From Vibrio vulnificus CMCP6 (GTDB lineage: Bacteria; Pseudomonadota; Gammaproteobacteria; Enterobacterales; Vibrionaceae): a stretch of DNA of 32,000 nt. Below the pieces are notes generated by a model that saw only the letters and a program-made list of their open reading frames with translations, ran no database searches and was not told the DNA's origin. Positions 17,987 to 32,000 of the stretch are shown here, one piece after another. How positions within the stretch are numbered: the first letter of the stretch is position 1; the number at the start of each line of letters is the position of its first letter. The position numbers and the translations under genes are program-made. The stretch spans positions 450,001-482,000 of the forward strand of contig NC_004459.3 in assembly GCF_000039765.1 (NCBI RefSeq), read 5' to 3'.

Positions 17987-18109
17987 TTTGCAAACAAATT
18001 TTCATATAACTGTCTTTGTTGATTCATCTTGATTTTTTCCAACTCGATTAGGACAAGCCAGAAAAAATTGCCTATCATGTTGCCCCTGTATTTATCTTAG
18101 AGAAGCGCT

Positions 18110-19024
18110 ATGTGGTTTAAAAACTGTATGGTCTATCGCGTGAATCGCGAGATTGAATTCAACGCAGATCAACTTGAAAAACAATTGGCAGAGTTCCGTT
18201 ATACGCCTTGTGGCAGCCAGGATAAGCAAAAATTTGGCTGGGTAAGCGCGATGGGACGACACGGTGATATGATGACCCACGTGTCAGAAGACCGCATTCT
18301 TATCTGTGCTAAAAAAGAAGAAAAAATGCTGCCCGCTTCGGTGATCAAAGAATCACTGAATGCCAAAGTGGAAGCGATGGAAGCCCAAGAAGGCCGCCCG
18401 CTGAAGAAAAAAGAGAAAGAAACACTTAAAGAAGAGATCATCATTGATCTTCTACCACGAGCTTTCAGCCGCAGTAATCACACCTATGTGCTCATCTTGC
18501 CAAAAGAAGGGTTTATTTTGGTCGATGCCAGCAGCTACAAAAAAGCAGAAGACGTGCTCGCACTGCTGCGCAAAACCATGGGTAGCCTACCTGTTGTACC
18601 TGCGATTCCAGAAAAAGCGGTTGAGACCACGTTGACTGAATGGGTAAAAACAGGCCAAACACCACAAGGTTTCCATTTACTCGATGAAGCCGAACTTAAA
18701 TCGGTTCTGGAAGATGGCGGCATTATTCGCTGTAAGAAGCAAGAGCTAACCAGCGACGAAATTCTCAGTCATATCGCTGCAGATAAAGTTGTGACAAAAC
18801 TGGCCCTCAATTGGCAAGAGCGATTGGAGTTTGTTCTGGCCGATGATGCAAGCATCAAACGTTTGAAGTTTTCTGATGAATTACGCGATCAGAACGATGA
18901 TATTCCGCGAGAAGATCAAGCCGCACGCTTTGATGCAGACTTTTCTCTCATGTGTGGCGAGCTGTCTGCATTTTTGCCAAACCTTTTTCAAGCACTGGGT
19001 GGTTTACCTCACCCTAACGCTTAA
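18110..19024 (+). CDS. rdgC: Recombination-associated protein RdgC
   Basis: 304-aa ORF. The N-terminus [10 protein letters not shown] and overall length match the RdgC family. Confidence 0.9.
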   Translation: MWFKNCMVYRVNREIEFNADQLEKQLAEFRYTPCGSQDKQKFGWVSAMGRHGDMMTHVSEDRILICAKKEEKMLPASVIKESLNAKVEAMEAQEGRPLKKKEKETLKEEIIIDLLPRAFSRSNHTYVLILPKEGFILVDASSYKKAEDVLALLRKTMGSLPVVPAIPEKAVETTLTEWVKTGQTPQGFHLLDEAELKSVLEDGGIIRCKKQELTSDEILSHIAADKVVTKLALNWQERLEFVLADDASIKRLKFSDELRDQNDDIPREDQAARFDADFSLMCGELSAFLPNLFQALGGLPHPNA

Positions 19025-19032
19025 GCCTTTTC

Positions 19033-19064
19033 AACGCCTTCGCCACAGAAGGCGTTTTTCTCTC
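19033..19064 (+). terminator. Rho-independent terminator of rdgC
   Basis: aacgccttc-gccaca-gaaggcgtt followed by tttctctctttt. Confidence 0.8.
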
Positions 19065-19166
19065 TTTTACCTAGTCAAGGATCACAATTTGGCGTAAAAT
19101 TTGCGCCCCGATTCCATATGGTGGAATCGTACTGACCTGTGATCAGATAAAAAGAGAATTCAAGCA

Positions 19167-20567
19167 ATGACATCAAATACACCCTTTGTTCCTGAGCTAT
19201 TGTCGCCTGCGGGCAGTCTAAAGAATATGCGTTACGCATTTGCTTATGGCGCTGACGCGGTTTATGCAGGGCAACCTCGCTACAGCCTTCGTGTTCGTAA
19301 CAATGAGTTCAATCACGAGAACCTAAAAATTGGTATCGACGAAGCGCATGCCTTAGGTAAGAAGTTCTATGTGGTATGTAACATTCAACCGCACAACTCT
19401 AAGCTAAAAACGTTTATCCGAGATTTGAAGCCGGTTGTGGATATGGGCCCAGACGCGCTAATCATGTCTGACCCAGGCTTGATCATGATGGTGCGTGAAG
19501 CCTTTCCTGATATGGCGATTCACCTGTCAGTTCAAGCCAACGCGGTGAACTGGGCAACGGTGAAGTTTTGGGCTGCATATGGTGTAGAGCGTGTCATTGT
19601 TTCTCGTGAGCTATCACTCGAAGAGATCGAAGAAATTCGTCAACAGTGTCCAGAAACAGAACTCGAAGTGTTCGTCCATGGCGCCTTGTGTATGGCTTAC
19701 TCAGGTCGTTGCTTACTGTCTGGCTACATCAACAAACGCGACCCTAACCAAGGCACTTGTACTAACGCTTGTCGTTGGGAATACAAGGTTGAGCAAGGCA
19801 AAGAAGACGATGCAGGTCAAATCGTAGAACAGTTTGATCCAAATGCTGCGCAAGCGATCGAAGTGCAAGAAGAGCGCCCAGAAACCACCATTGGTCGTGG
19901 CAAACCCATCGACGATGTTGTTCTTCTATCAGAAAGTCATCGCCCTGACGAAAAAATGGCAGCATTTGAAGATGAGCACGGCACCTACATCATGAACTCA
20001 AAAGACCTACGTGCAGTTCAGCATGTAGAGCGCTTAACTCAGATGGGTGTTCATTCTCTGAAAATTGAAGGCCGTACTAAATCCTTCTACTATTGTGCAC
20101 GTACGGCGCAAGTCTATCGTAAAGCCATTGATGATGCGGTAGCGGGCAAACCATTTGACGAAACACTAATGGGAACGCTAGAAAGCCTTGCTCACCGTGG
20201 ATACACAGAAGGTTTCCTACGTCGTCACACTCATGACGCGTACCAAAATTATGACTACGGTTACTCCGTTTCAGATTCACAACAGTTTGTTGGTGAATTT
20301 ACAGGCAAACGCCGCGGTGACTTGGCGGAAGTAGAAGTGAAAAATAAATTTGTTGTGGGTGATAGCCTAGAGCTAATGACGCCAAAAGGTAACGTCATTT
20401 TCACTCTTGAACAGATGGAAAACCGTAAGTCTGAGTCAATTGACGATGCAAAAGGTAACGGCCACTTTGTCTTTATTCCAGTTCCACAGGATATGGATCT
20501 GAGCTACGCGTTACTTATGCGTAACCTAAACGAAGGTCAGGATACCCGTAACCCAACAGGTAACTAA
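19167..20567 (+). CDS. yegQ: Peptidase U32-family protein, YegQ/TrhP-like (tRNA ho5U hydroxylation factor)
   Basis: 466-aa ORF that is near-colinear with E. coli YegQ as I remember it (PELLSPAGSLKNMRYAFAYGADAVYAGQPRYSLRVRNNEFN...). It has the Cys cluster HGALCMAYSGRCLLSGYINKRDPNQGTCTNACRWEY. Confidence 0.9.
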   Translation: MTSNTPFVPELLSPAGSLKNMRYAFAYGADAVYAGQPRYSLRVRNNEFNHENLKIGIDEAHALGKKFYVVCNIQPHNSKLKTFIRDLKPVVDMGPDALIMSDPGLIMMVREAFPDMAIHLSVQANAVNWATVKFWAAYGVERVIVSRELSLEEIEEIRQQCPETELEVFVHGALCMAYSGRCLLSGYINKRDPNQGTCTNACRWEYKVEQGKEDDAGQIVEQFDPNAAQAIEVQEERPETTIGRGKPIDDVVLLSESHRPDEKMAAFEDEHGTYIMNSKDLRAVQHVERLTQMGVHSLKIEGRTKSFYYCARTAQVYRKAIDDAVAGKPFDETLMGTLESLAHRGYTEGFLRRHTHDAYQNYDYGYSVSDSQQFVGEFTGKRRGDLAEVEVKNKFVVGDSLELMTPKGNVIFTLEQMENRKSESIDDAKGNGHFVFIPVPQDMDLSYALLMRNLNEGQDTRNPTGN

Positions 20568-20825
<258 letters not shown>

Positions 20826-20834
20826 TCGATATCA

Positions 20835-20860
20835 AATAAAGCGCCAATGGGCGCTTTATT
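20835..20860. terminator. Bidirectional terminator between convergent yfhL and mepA
   Basis: aataaagcgcc-aatg-ggcgctttatt is a perfect 11-bp stem with A/T-rich ends. It overlaps the mepA stop codon. Confidence 0.8.
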
Positions 20861-21690
20861 TATTTCTCATGTTTCTGATTTAGTACCGTCACACATGCCT
20901 CAGAGATAGGCTCGGGCTCCAGTGCTTTTTTCGCCGGTGGCGTTGGACGCTCTATCCAGCTCAACACTTCTTCACCACAACCATCTCCCTCCGGCGGCAA
21001 AGCTTGCTCGATACAGTCATCGCTTCCTTGTGGGCAAGAGAGTCTCACATGCATGTGTGAAGAATGTCCCCACCAAGGCCTTACCTTTCTCAGCCACGAC
21101 CTATGAGTGGATGTTTCCATTTGACATAAACGTTGCTTGATAACGGCGTGGACAAAAATTCTCGCTACCCTGCCATTTTCGGCTGCGGCTCGGATCAACT
21201 CGAATTGCTCATCACGCCATTCATCGGCACGAATAGTCATGGTATCGAAATTGACGACACTCGCAGTCTTTGCCTGTTCAAGCTCATATTTATTCAAAGG
21301 AGAGGTGTTTAGTTTAAGCCATACATCAATATCGAGTCCGGTTTGATGACTCGCATGACCAAAAGAAAAACGCCCACCTCGTGGTAAACTGACATCCGCA
21401 ATCATTAGAGTCGAAGCCAAATGTGTATCCGCGTAATAGCCTAACTCTTGTATAAAAGTGACGGTTTCTGGATGCGCAAAGTAGCGATTACGCTCTGCAC
21501 GCACAACTTGATACCCTTCCCCCTCTAGTGGTAAAGCGATACCACCATCTAAACAGCCATTTGCGTACGATCCTATTGATTGAGCACGTTCACGCGTTGG
21601 TGCGGTCACCAGTTCCCACGCTGTCATTTGTAATGCCCAAGTAGGTATTGAATACATCGCGCACAATGACGCCAGTATTTTAGCGAACAT
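20860..21690 (-). CDS. mepA: Penicillin-insensitive murein DD-endopeptidase MepA
   Basis: 276-aa ORF with a signal peptide. It has HASHQTGLDIDVW and the C-terminal HxH (HSSHMHVRL) metal-site motifs typical of MepA. Confidence 0.88.
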   Translation of the reverse strand: MFAKILASLCAMYSIPTWALQMTAWELVTAPTRERAQSIGSYANGCLDGGIALPLEGEGYQVVRAERNRYFAHPETVTFIQELGYYADTHLASTLMIADVSLPRGGRFSFGHASHQTGLDIDVWLKLNTSPLNKYELEQAKTASVVNFDTMTIRADEWRDEQFELIRAAAENGRVARIFVHAVIKQRLCQMETSTHRSWLRKVRPWWGHSSHMHVRLSCPQGSDDCIEQALPPEGDGCGEEVLSWIERPTPPAKKALEPEPISEACVTVLNQKHEK

Positions 21691-21861
21691 CCATTGATCC
21701 TTGCTTATTGTGAAGAAAGGTTTCTAAAGCATATTGCGACTAGGAAGTCATGATTTCAATTGAAGTGAACAAAAGCGTGAAATACAAGTAACAGTCATAT
21801 CCATCGTCGAAAGCAGTGGATGATTGGACAACGATTATCGGTATAGGAATAGTAAAGAAAC

Positions 21862-21887
21862 AAAAAAGCTCCGACCTAAGTCAGAGC
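21862..21887 (-). terminator. Rho-independent terminator of the rRNA/tRNA operon
   Basis: The minus strand reads GCTCTGAC-TTAG-GTCGGAGC followed by TTTTTTG. One pair is G-U on the minus-strand RNA only, which fits this orientation. Confidence 0.8.
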
Positions 21888-21896
21888 CTTTGAATA

Positions 21897-21973
<77 letters not shown>

Positions 21974-22009
21974 GTCGATTCATCAAAGATGATAAATCTC
22001 AGATTTGAA

Positions 22010-22034
22010 AAGACCTCGCTAAAAGCGAGGTCTT
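22010..22034 (-). other. Inter-tRNA hairpin (processing signal or weak terminator)
   Basis: Perfect 10-bp stem aagacctcgc / gcgaggtctt with a 5-nt loop. On the minus strand it is followed only by TTCAAAT. Confidence 0.35.
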
Positions 22035-22042
22035 AGAATAAG

Positions 22043-22119
22043 TGGCGGAGCGGACGGGACTCGAACCCGCGACCCCCGGCGTGACAGGCCGGTATTCTAA
22101 CCAACTGAACTACCGCTCC
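22043..22119 (-). tRNA. aspT: tRNA-Asp (anticodon GUC)
   Basis: The reverse complement GGAGCGGTAGTTCAGTTGGTTAGAATACCGGCCTGTCACGCCGGGGGTCGCGGGTTCGAGTCCCGTCCGCTCCGCCA has anticodon loop CTGTCAC. It is nearly identical to E. coli tRNA-Asp. Confidence 0.96.
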
Positions 22120-22147
22120 GCACTGGTTAGACCTAAGTCTAAATTAA

Positions 22148-22267
22148 AAGCCTGGCGATGTTCTACTCTCACATGGGGAAACCCCACACTACCATCGACG
22201 CTATTTCGTTTCACTTCTGAGTTCGGAATGGATTCAGGTGGGTCCAAAACGCTATGGTCGCCAAGCA
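22148..22267 (-). rRNA. rrf: 5S ribosomal RNA
   Basis: The minus strand runs TGCTTGGCGACCATAGCG...CCGAACTCAGAAGTGAAACG...CATCGCCAGGCTT. It is 120 nt and colinear with E. coli 5S. Confidence 0.95.
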
Positions 22268-22388
22268 AATTCTGTTTTTGTCTTCACTTTTTCTAAAAAA
22301 GTGAAAGCAAAAAATCTGGAAAGCTGTTTATGTTCTCTACACATTCAATGTTCTTACATCGAGTCCATCAAAACCCTTTGGGTGTTGT

Positions 22389-25277
<2,889 letters not shown>

Positions 25278-25492
25278 ATACAACCCCAAAGGGTCTTTGT
25301 TAAACAACCAAAGTTGCTATCTCATTATTTGAATGAGCGAGATAGCGTTGATTTTGCCGGACTCAATTTCGAATAGTCACTAAAAGTGACCTTCCCAAGA
25401 ACACTTGAATGTGTTTGTTGGTGTTTGTCCTAAAGACAAACATTGAGAACTTTACAAACAACAATAAATTGTTGTTTTGTCAGCTTTCCAAA

Positions 25493-25505
25493 TTGTTAAA
25501 GAGCA
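25493..25505 (-). promoter_or_regulatory. Spacer boxA antitermination element
   Basis: The minus strand reads TGCTCTTTAACAA, an exact match to the rrn boxA consensus. Confidence 0.8.
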
Positions 25506-25555
25506 GATTTCTTTCGAAACCATTACTAAAGATTCTAAATTAAAACCTTTAGTAA

Positions 25556-25631
<76 letters not shown>

Positions 25632-25696
25632 ACATCTATCACTAAAACATAATAAACCATCAATCTGTGTGAACACTCATCGCAATAATCATCGTA

Positions 25697-27239
<1,543 letters not shown>

Positions 27240-27385
27240 AAAGTTTTTTGAAGCTTTCGCTTCGGCTCAATGAATACTGAATAAATTGACTGTGCCGATA
27301 CTTAGTATCGTTTTGGTCACTCAGTTCATTGATAAATCTTTTGGATTATCATCAACGAGTGCCCACACAGATTGATAGGTTTATA

Positions 27386-27398
27386 TTGTTAAAGAGCT
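27386..27398 (-). promoter_or_regulatory. Leader boxA antitermination element
   Basis: The minus strand reads AGCTCTTTAACAA, matching the TGCTCTTTAACAA consensus at 12 of 13 positions. It sits in the 16S leader downstream of P2. Confidence 0.7.
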
Positions 27399-27435
27399 TG
27401 CTTTTCGAGAAGTTTTTCTCTCAAAGCGGAGGTGC

Positions 27436-27463
27436 ATTCTAGCGAGTTAATTTGAAGAGTCAA
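27436..27463 (-). promoter_or_regulatory. rrn promoter P2
   Basis: The minus strand reads TTGACT-N16-TAGAAT followed by GCACC. This resembles E. coli rrnB P2 (TTGACT...TATTATGCAC). Confidence 0.7.
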
Positions 27464-27550
27464 ACACTTTTTCAAATTTATTTCTCAGGAACTTACCTTA
27501 ACTTTTCACTTGCTGAAGCCTTACGCTGTCTGCCGTGTCAGTGGATGCGC

Positions 27551-27610
27551 ATTATAGGTAGTTTCTTCACATGCACAAGAGCAAAATTAGAAAAAAAAGA
27601 AAAAAGCAAA
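27551..27610 (-). promoter_or_regulatory. rrn promoter P1 with UP element
   Basis: The minus strand reads TTTTTTCTTTTTTTTCTAATTTTGCT (A/T-rich UP-like tract), then CTTGTGC-N16-TATAAT-GCGCATCCAC. This is very close to E. coli rrnB P1 (CTTGTCA-N16-TATAAT-GCGCCACCAC), including the GC-rich discriminator. Confidence 0.8.
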
Positions 27611-27651
27611 TCATTTGCCTACTTTTTGCTCAAGTCGTATTTAAAAACATC

Positions 27652-27674
27652 AAAAGAGGCGTTTCGCCTCTTTT
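27652..27674 (-). terminator. Rho-independent terminator of clpB
   Basis: aaaagaggcg-ttt-cgcctctttt is a perfect 10-bp stem. On the minus strand the stem ends in UUUU and is followed by GAUGUUUUU. Confidence 0.75.
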
Positions 27675-27716
27675 GATTTACTATTTTCTCCCTCAAAGAA
27701 GAGAAAACCACTCTAT

Positions 27717-30290
27717 CTATTGGTGTGCCACAATTTGGTCGTTGTTGACGATAAGCTGTATTTTCTTATCCGGTAGCACTGAACCTGCCAAAATAGATTT
27801 CGCCAGCGGGTTTTCGATACTTTGCTGAATCGCTCGTTTCAATGGTCTTGCTCCGTAAACCGGGTCAAAACCAACTTGTGCGATCAATTCGAGCGCTTTA
27901 TCAGACACTTCCAACGGATAGCCATGCTCTTCCATGCGATTCGCCAAGCGGTTAAGTTGAATCGCTGCGATCGACTTAATATGGTCTTGACCAAGTGGGT
28001 GGAAGACCACTGTCTCATCAACACGGTTCAAAAACTCCGGCCTGAAGTGCTTGGTCACCACTTCCATCACCTGTTCTTTGATGCCTTGGTAATCCAACAT
28101 AGCGAAGTTTTCTTGGATGCGGCTGGAGCCTAGGTTTGATGTCATGATGACCACGGTATTGCGGAAATCCACTGTTCTACCTTGTCCATCCGTCAATCGA
28201 CCATCATCCAAGACTTGCAGCAGGATGTTGAACACATCAGGATGCGCCTTTTCCACCTCGTCGAGCAAAATCACTGAATAAGGCTTACGTCGAACGGCTT
28301 CCGTTAAGTAACCACCTTCTTCATAACCCACATAGCCAGGAGGTGCACCGACTAAGCGTGCCACTGAGTGTTTCTCCATAAACTCGGACATGTCGATACG
28401 CACCATGGCATCTTCACTGTCGAACATGAAATTCGCCAACGTTTTGCACAGTTCCGTTTTCCCCACACCGGTTGGACCTAAGAATAAGAACGAACCAATC
28501 GGCTTATTGGGATCGGACAAACCCGCGCGGCTGCGACGTATTGCATTCGCAACAACTTCCACCGCCTCTTTCTGCCCAATAACGCGTTTATGCAGCACCT
28601 CTTCCATGCGAAGTAGTTTTTCTTTTTCTGCTTCAAGCATTTTGGAAACAGGGATACCCGTTTGCTTGGAAAGCACTTCCGCAATTTCATTATCGGTGAC
28701 TTTGTTTTTCAACAAGGTCATTTCCTGCATTTCTGCTTGCGTTGCTAGGTCAAGTTGCTTCTCAAGCTCTGGAATACGGCCATATTGAAGCTCAGACATG
28801 CGGCTAAGATCCCCCGCTCGTCTTGCAAACTCCATATCCATGCGTGCTTGCTCTAACGCCGCTTTAATATGCTGAGTGCCAGACAGCGCGGCTTTTTCCG
28901 CATTCCAAATTTCCTCTAACTCAGCAAACTCACGCTCTTTCTCATTCAACTCTTCGTTAAGTGAGCGCAGACGTTTTTCACTCGCTTCATCGTGTTCATT
29001 ACTCAGCGCCTGCTGCTCTATCTTAAGTTGGATGATTTTGCGCTCCAACTTATCCAAAGCTTCGGGTTTAGAATCGATCTGCATGCGAATACTGGATGCG
29101 GCTTCGTCGATGAGGTCGATCGCTTTGTCCGGTAATTGACGATCAGAAACATAGCGATGCGACAAACTGGCCGCAGCAACGATCGCTGGATCGGTAATTT
29201 CAACATGATGATGCAGCTCATAGCGTTCTTTTAAACCACGCAAAATTGCAATGGTGTCTTCCACTGTTGGTTCATCAACCAGCACTTTTTGGAAGCGGCG
29301 CTCAAGTGCCGGATCTTTCTCGATATACTGACGATACTCATCAAGTGTCGTTGCGCCCACACAATGTAACTCACCACGTGCCAATGCGGGTTTGAGCATA
29401 TTGCCCGCATCCATCGACCCTTCACCTTTACCGGCGCCAACCATGGTATGAAGCTCATCAATAAAGAGGATGATATTGCCTTCTTCTTTAGACAACTCAT
29501 TCAATACCGATTTAAGTCGCTCTTCAAATTCACCACGGTACTTCGCTCCAGCCACCAACGCGCCCATATCGAGTGACAATACTCGGCGACCACGCAGACC
29601 TTCGGGCACCTCGTTATTGATGATACGTTGTGCTAAACCTTCAACAATGGCGGTTTTACCAACACCTGGCTCACCAATGATCACGGGGTTGTTTTTGGTT
29701 CGACGCTGCAATACTTGGATGGTGCGACGAATTTCATCGTCACGTCCAATCACAGGGTCAAGTTTGCCCTGTTCTGCACGTTCCGTCAGATCAATGGTAA
29801 ATTTCTCTAACGCTTGGCGAAGTTCTTCCGCATTTTGATCATTCACTTTTTGACCACCGCGAATTTGCTCGATAGCTTGACTCACTTTCTGTTCAGTTAA
29901 GCCAAGTTCTTTGAAGAGCTGGCCAAGTGGTCCTCTATCTTCGATTGCTGCGAGCAAAAAGATTTCAGATGAGATGTAAGCATCTTGGCGTTTTTGTGCA
30001 ATCTTATCGCACAAGTTAAACATCGCGCCCATGGCTGAGGAGAGCTGTACATCACCACCAATACCGCTCACTTTGGGCAAACGATCCAGCATTTCGCTGA
30101 GTTTTGAACGTAGGTGAGTGACATCCACATTTAAGATGGTCAGCAGTGGACGAATAGGGCTGCCGTTTTGATCAAGCAGCGCCACCATTAAGTGAACAGG
30201 TTCAATGTATTGATGATCGCGCCCTAACGCCAATGATTGTGCATCAGAGATAGCGATTTGAAATTTGCTGGTAAATCGATCAAGACGCAT
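27717..30290 (-). CDS. clpB: AAA+ disaggregase chaperone ClpB
   Basis: 857-aa ORF, colinear with E. coli ClpB throughout. It has two Walker A sites ([16 protein letters not shown]) and a coiled-coil middle domain. AGGAAGG SD precedes the ATG at 30290. Confidence 0.98.
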   Translation of the reverse strand: MRLDRFTSKFQIAISDAQSLALGRDHQYIEPVHLMVALLDQNGSPIRPLLTILNVDVTHLRSKLSEMLDRLPKVSGIGGDVQLSSAMGAMFNLCDKIAQKRQDAYISSEIFLLAAIEDRGPLGQLFKELGLTEQKVSQAIEQIRGGQKVNDQNAEELRQALEKFTIDLTERAEQGKLDPVIGRDDEIRRTIQVLQRRTKNNPVIIGEPGVGKTAIVEGLAQRIINNEVPEGLRGRRVLSLDMGALVAGAKYRGEFEERLKSVLNELSKEEGNIILFIDELHTMVGAGKGEGSMDAGNMLKPALARGELHCVGATTLDEYRQYIEKDPALERRFQKVLVDEPTVEDTIAILRGLKERYELHHHVEITDPAIVAAASLSHRYVSDRQLPDKAIDLIDEAASSIRMQIDSKPEALDKLERKIIQLKIEQQALSNEHDEASEKRLRSLNEELNEKEREFAELEEIWNAEKAALSGTQHIKAALEQARMDMEFARRAGDLSRMSELQYGRIPELEKQLDLATQAEMQEMTLLKNKVTDNEIAEVLSKQTGIPVSKMLEAEKEKLLRMEEVLHKRVIGQKEAVEVVANAIRRSRAGLSDPNKPIGSFLFLGPTGVGKTELCKTLANFMFDSEDAMVRIDMSEFMEKHSVARLVGAPPGYVGYEEGGYLTEAVRRKPYSVILLDEVEKAHPDVFNILLQVLDDGRLTDGQGRTVDFRNTVVIMTSNLGSSRIQENFAMLDYQGIKEQVMEVVTKHFRPEFLNRVDETVVFHPLGQDHIKSIAAIQLNRLANRMEEHGYPLEVSDKALELIAQVGFDPVYGARPLKRAIQQSIENPLAKSILAGSVLPDKKIQLIVNNDQIVAHQ

Positions 30291-30338
30291 AGCTACCTTC
30301 CTAACCTCAACTGAAGTAAATTCTTTAATCAGTATGAA

Positions 30339-30371
30339 AGATGGCTACGCAAAAATCGTTTTTCAAGGGGG
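30339..30371 (-). promoter_or_regulatory. Sigma32 (heat-shock) type promoter of clpB
   Basis: The minus strand reads CCCCCTTGAA-N15-AGCCATCT, against the sigma32 consensus CCCTTGAA-N13-17-CCCCATNT. It lies about 45 nt upstream of the clpB ATG. Confidence 0.7.
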
Positions 30372-30406
30372 AATTAAAAACTAACGCTCGGTAAATTAAA
30401 CTGACG

Positions 30407-31123
30407 TTATTCAAACCAGATAAAGCTCGCTTGACGTCCAGTGACACCTTCGCGACGGTAAGAATAGAAGCGTGAATCTTGATAGGTACACAATTCAGAA
30501 GAGTAAATCGCCTCAACCCCTATTGAAGAGAGACGAATACGCGCCAGCTGATCCATATCAGCCAACCACTTATTTGGTGTGATATGAGTAGAAAACGCAT
30601 TCACTGCTTGAGGGTGTTGTTGGCAAAAAGCCTCCACCACATCCTCTCCGACTTCAAAAGCCTGAGGACCGATCGCAGGGCCAAGCCAAATCAGCACATC
30701 TTGTGAAAAGTGACGAAGTGCTTCCTCAACGATCCCGCCCGCCAAACCACGCCAACCCGCATGCACGGCGGCAACTTGCGTCCCTGAGGTATTGGTGATT
30801 AAAACGGGTAAACAATCGGCAGTCATCGCACTGCAAACGACATCAGAGGAATGAGTAAAAACCCCATCAGCATCAAGGATTACTTCGGTTGGTCCTGTTG
30901 CTTCAATCACCGTCGTAGAATGAGTTTGATTGAGCCAAATCGGTGCACTCGGCATCTGAGCCTGTTCGGCTAACCATTGACGATTTCTCATTACTATTGA
31001 AAAATCATCCCCAACATGTGTGCCTAAGTTCAAACCAGTGTAAACACCCGTCGAATAGCCACCTTGGCGAGTCGACGATAATGCTTTGACATTCTTAGGC
31101 GCAGGCCAGTTGGGGATAAGCAT
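30407..31123 (-). CDS. yfiH: YfiH/PgeF family protein (DUF152, laccase-domain, peptidoglycan editing factor)
   Basis: 238 aa from the ATG at 31123. The ORF track starts one codon earlier at a TTG (31126). Motifs include VCSAMTADCLPVL, AAVHAGWRGL, WLGPAIGPQAFEVG and FYSYRR. Confidence 0.9.
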   Translation of the reverse strand: MLIPNWPAPKNVKALSSTRQGGYSTGVYTGLNLGTHVGDDFSIVMRNRQWLAEQAQMPSAPIWLNQTHSTTVIEATGPTEVILDADGVFTHSSDVVCSAMTADCLPVLITNTSGTQVAAVHAGWRGLAGGIVEEALRHFSQDVLIWLGPAIGPQAFEVGEDVVEAFCQQHPQAVNAFSTHITPNKWLADMDQLARIRLSSIGVEAIYSSELCTYQDSRFYSYRREGVTGRQASFIWFE

Positions 31124-31126
31124 CAA

Positions 31127-32000
31127 TCAGTACTCGTCTGGTAAACCATGCTCTTGTGCATCACGACGTAAAGTTTCAGTCAACTCAACCATATCGTCTG
31201 GCACCGGCGCATGGAACTCCATCTCTTCACCTGTGATCGGATGCTCAAAGCGCAGCATCACTGCATGAAGCGCTTGGCGATCAAAGTTTCGGATCATTGC
31301 CGTAACGTCTTCAGAAGCGCCCGCTGGAATTCGAGCACGCCCACCGTAAGCCGCATCACCTAATAATGGATGTTGTAGGTAAGACATATGCACACGAATC
31401 TGGTGAGTACGGCCAGTTTCAAGACGCAAACGGATACGCGTGTGCTCTCGGAAATGCTCCGCCACTCGGAAATGCGTCACAGCAGGCTTACCCATGGGGC
31501 TCACCGCCATTAAGGTACGTTTTGTTGCATGGCGGCCAATCGGTTTATCGACTTTGCCCCCCGCCGTCATTCGGCCAATGGCAATGGCTTCGTATTCACG
31601 CGTAATATTGCGTTTTTGAAGAGCACGCACCAAACGTGTTTGTGCCGGTACGGTTTTCGCCACAACCATCAGACCCGTGGTGTCTTTGTCCAAACGGTGA
31701 ACAATACCTGCACGCGGCACTTCCGCCACTTCAGGACAATGGAACAACAATGCGTTTAACACTGTACCGTCTGGCGTACCAGCCCCTGGGTGGACGACAA
31801 AATCACGAGGCTTATTGATCACTAAGATATCGTCATCTTCATAGACAATATCCAGTGGAATATCTTGCGCTTCCCAGCGCACTTCATCTTCCAGCTCGGC
31901 CAAAACAGTAATCACTTCCCCACCCATTACTTTCGTTCTAGGTTTGGTGACTACGTTACCGTCCACTGTGACTTTTCCGTCAAGCAACCATTCTTTCAGG
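31127..32000 (-). CDS. rluD: 23S rRNA pseudouridine synthase RluD (partial; N-terminus lies beyond the window)
   Basis: The frame stays open to the window edge. It has the catalytic HRLDKDTTGLMVVAK motif and the C-terminal GRTHQIRVHM motif. Its TGA stop (31127-31129) directly abuts the yfiH start. Confidence 0.93.
   Translation of the reverse strand, partial: LKEWLLDGKVTVDGNVVTKPRTKVMGGEVITVLAELEDEVRWEAQDIPLDIVYEDDDILVINKPRDFVVHPGAGTPDGTVLNALLFHCPEVAEVPRAGIVHRLDKDTTGLMVVAKTVPAQTRLVRALQKRNITREYEAIAIGRMTAGGKVDKPIGRHATKRTLMAVSPMGKPAVTHFRVAEHFREHTRIRLRLETGRTHQIRVHMSYLQHPLLGDAAYGGRARIPAGASEDVTAMIRNFDRQALHAVMLRFEHPITGEEMEFHAPVPDDMVELTETLRRDAQEHGLPDEY

Noticed and set aside
27452-27828. ORFs 27452-27676 and 27571-27828 between the 16S leader and clpB.
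   Set aside because: They overlap the rrn P1/P2 promoters, the oligo-A/T UP tract (Lys-rich translation) and the clpB terminator and 3' end. Regulatory DNA explains the region.
30325-30516. A 63-aa minus-strand ORF overlapping the yfiH 3' end and the clpB promoter.
   Set aside because: It is out of frame with and overlaps a well-supported gene and the sigma32 promoter, and it has no independent support.

Overview
This window looks like core chromosome of a Vibrio, with gene order and protein sequences closest to my memory of V. cholerae chromosome I (unverified). I found no transposase, integrase, phage gene, CRISPR array or recognisable defence system, so I cannot support a clear novel system here.

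Gene content from left to right:
- ahpC-type peroxiredoxin, cutC, ppk2 and a LysR regulator.
- An uncharacterised envelope cluster: a lipoprotein with 17-aa tandem repeats plus two small outer-membrane beta-barrel proteins.
- A dense phosphate and polyphosphate block: phoU-pstB-pstA-pstC on the minus strand, divergent ppk-ppx, then pstS-phoR-phoB on the minus strand.
- rdgC, a U32-family gene (yegQ/trhP-like) with a yfhL-type ferredoxin, and mepA.
- A complete minus-strand rRNA operon: P1/P2 promoters, boxA, 16S, tRNA-Ala(GGC), 23S, 5S, tRNA-Asp, tRNA-Trp and a terminator.
- clpB with a sigma32-type promoter, yfiH/pgeF, and rluD, which is truncated at the window edge.

The stretches that known annotation does not explain are:
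1. The large extra periplasmic domains in PstC (possibly propeller-like) and PstA (possibly coiled-coil).
2. The repeat lipoprotein and beta-barrel cluster wedged against phoU.
3. An 11-bp hairpin that exactly sequesters the ppk2 Shine-Dalgarno sequence.
4. The tight trhP-yfhL gene pair.

All coordinates and motifs were read by eye from the sequence. Homology calls rest on remembered family motifs, not on database searches.
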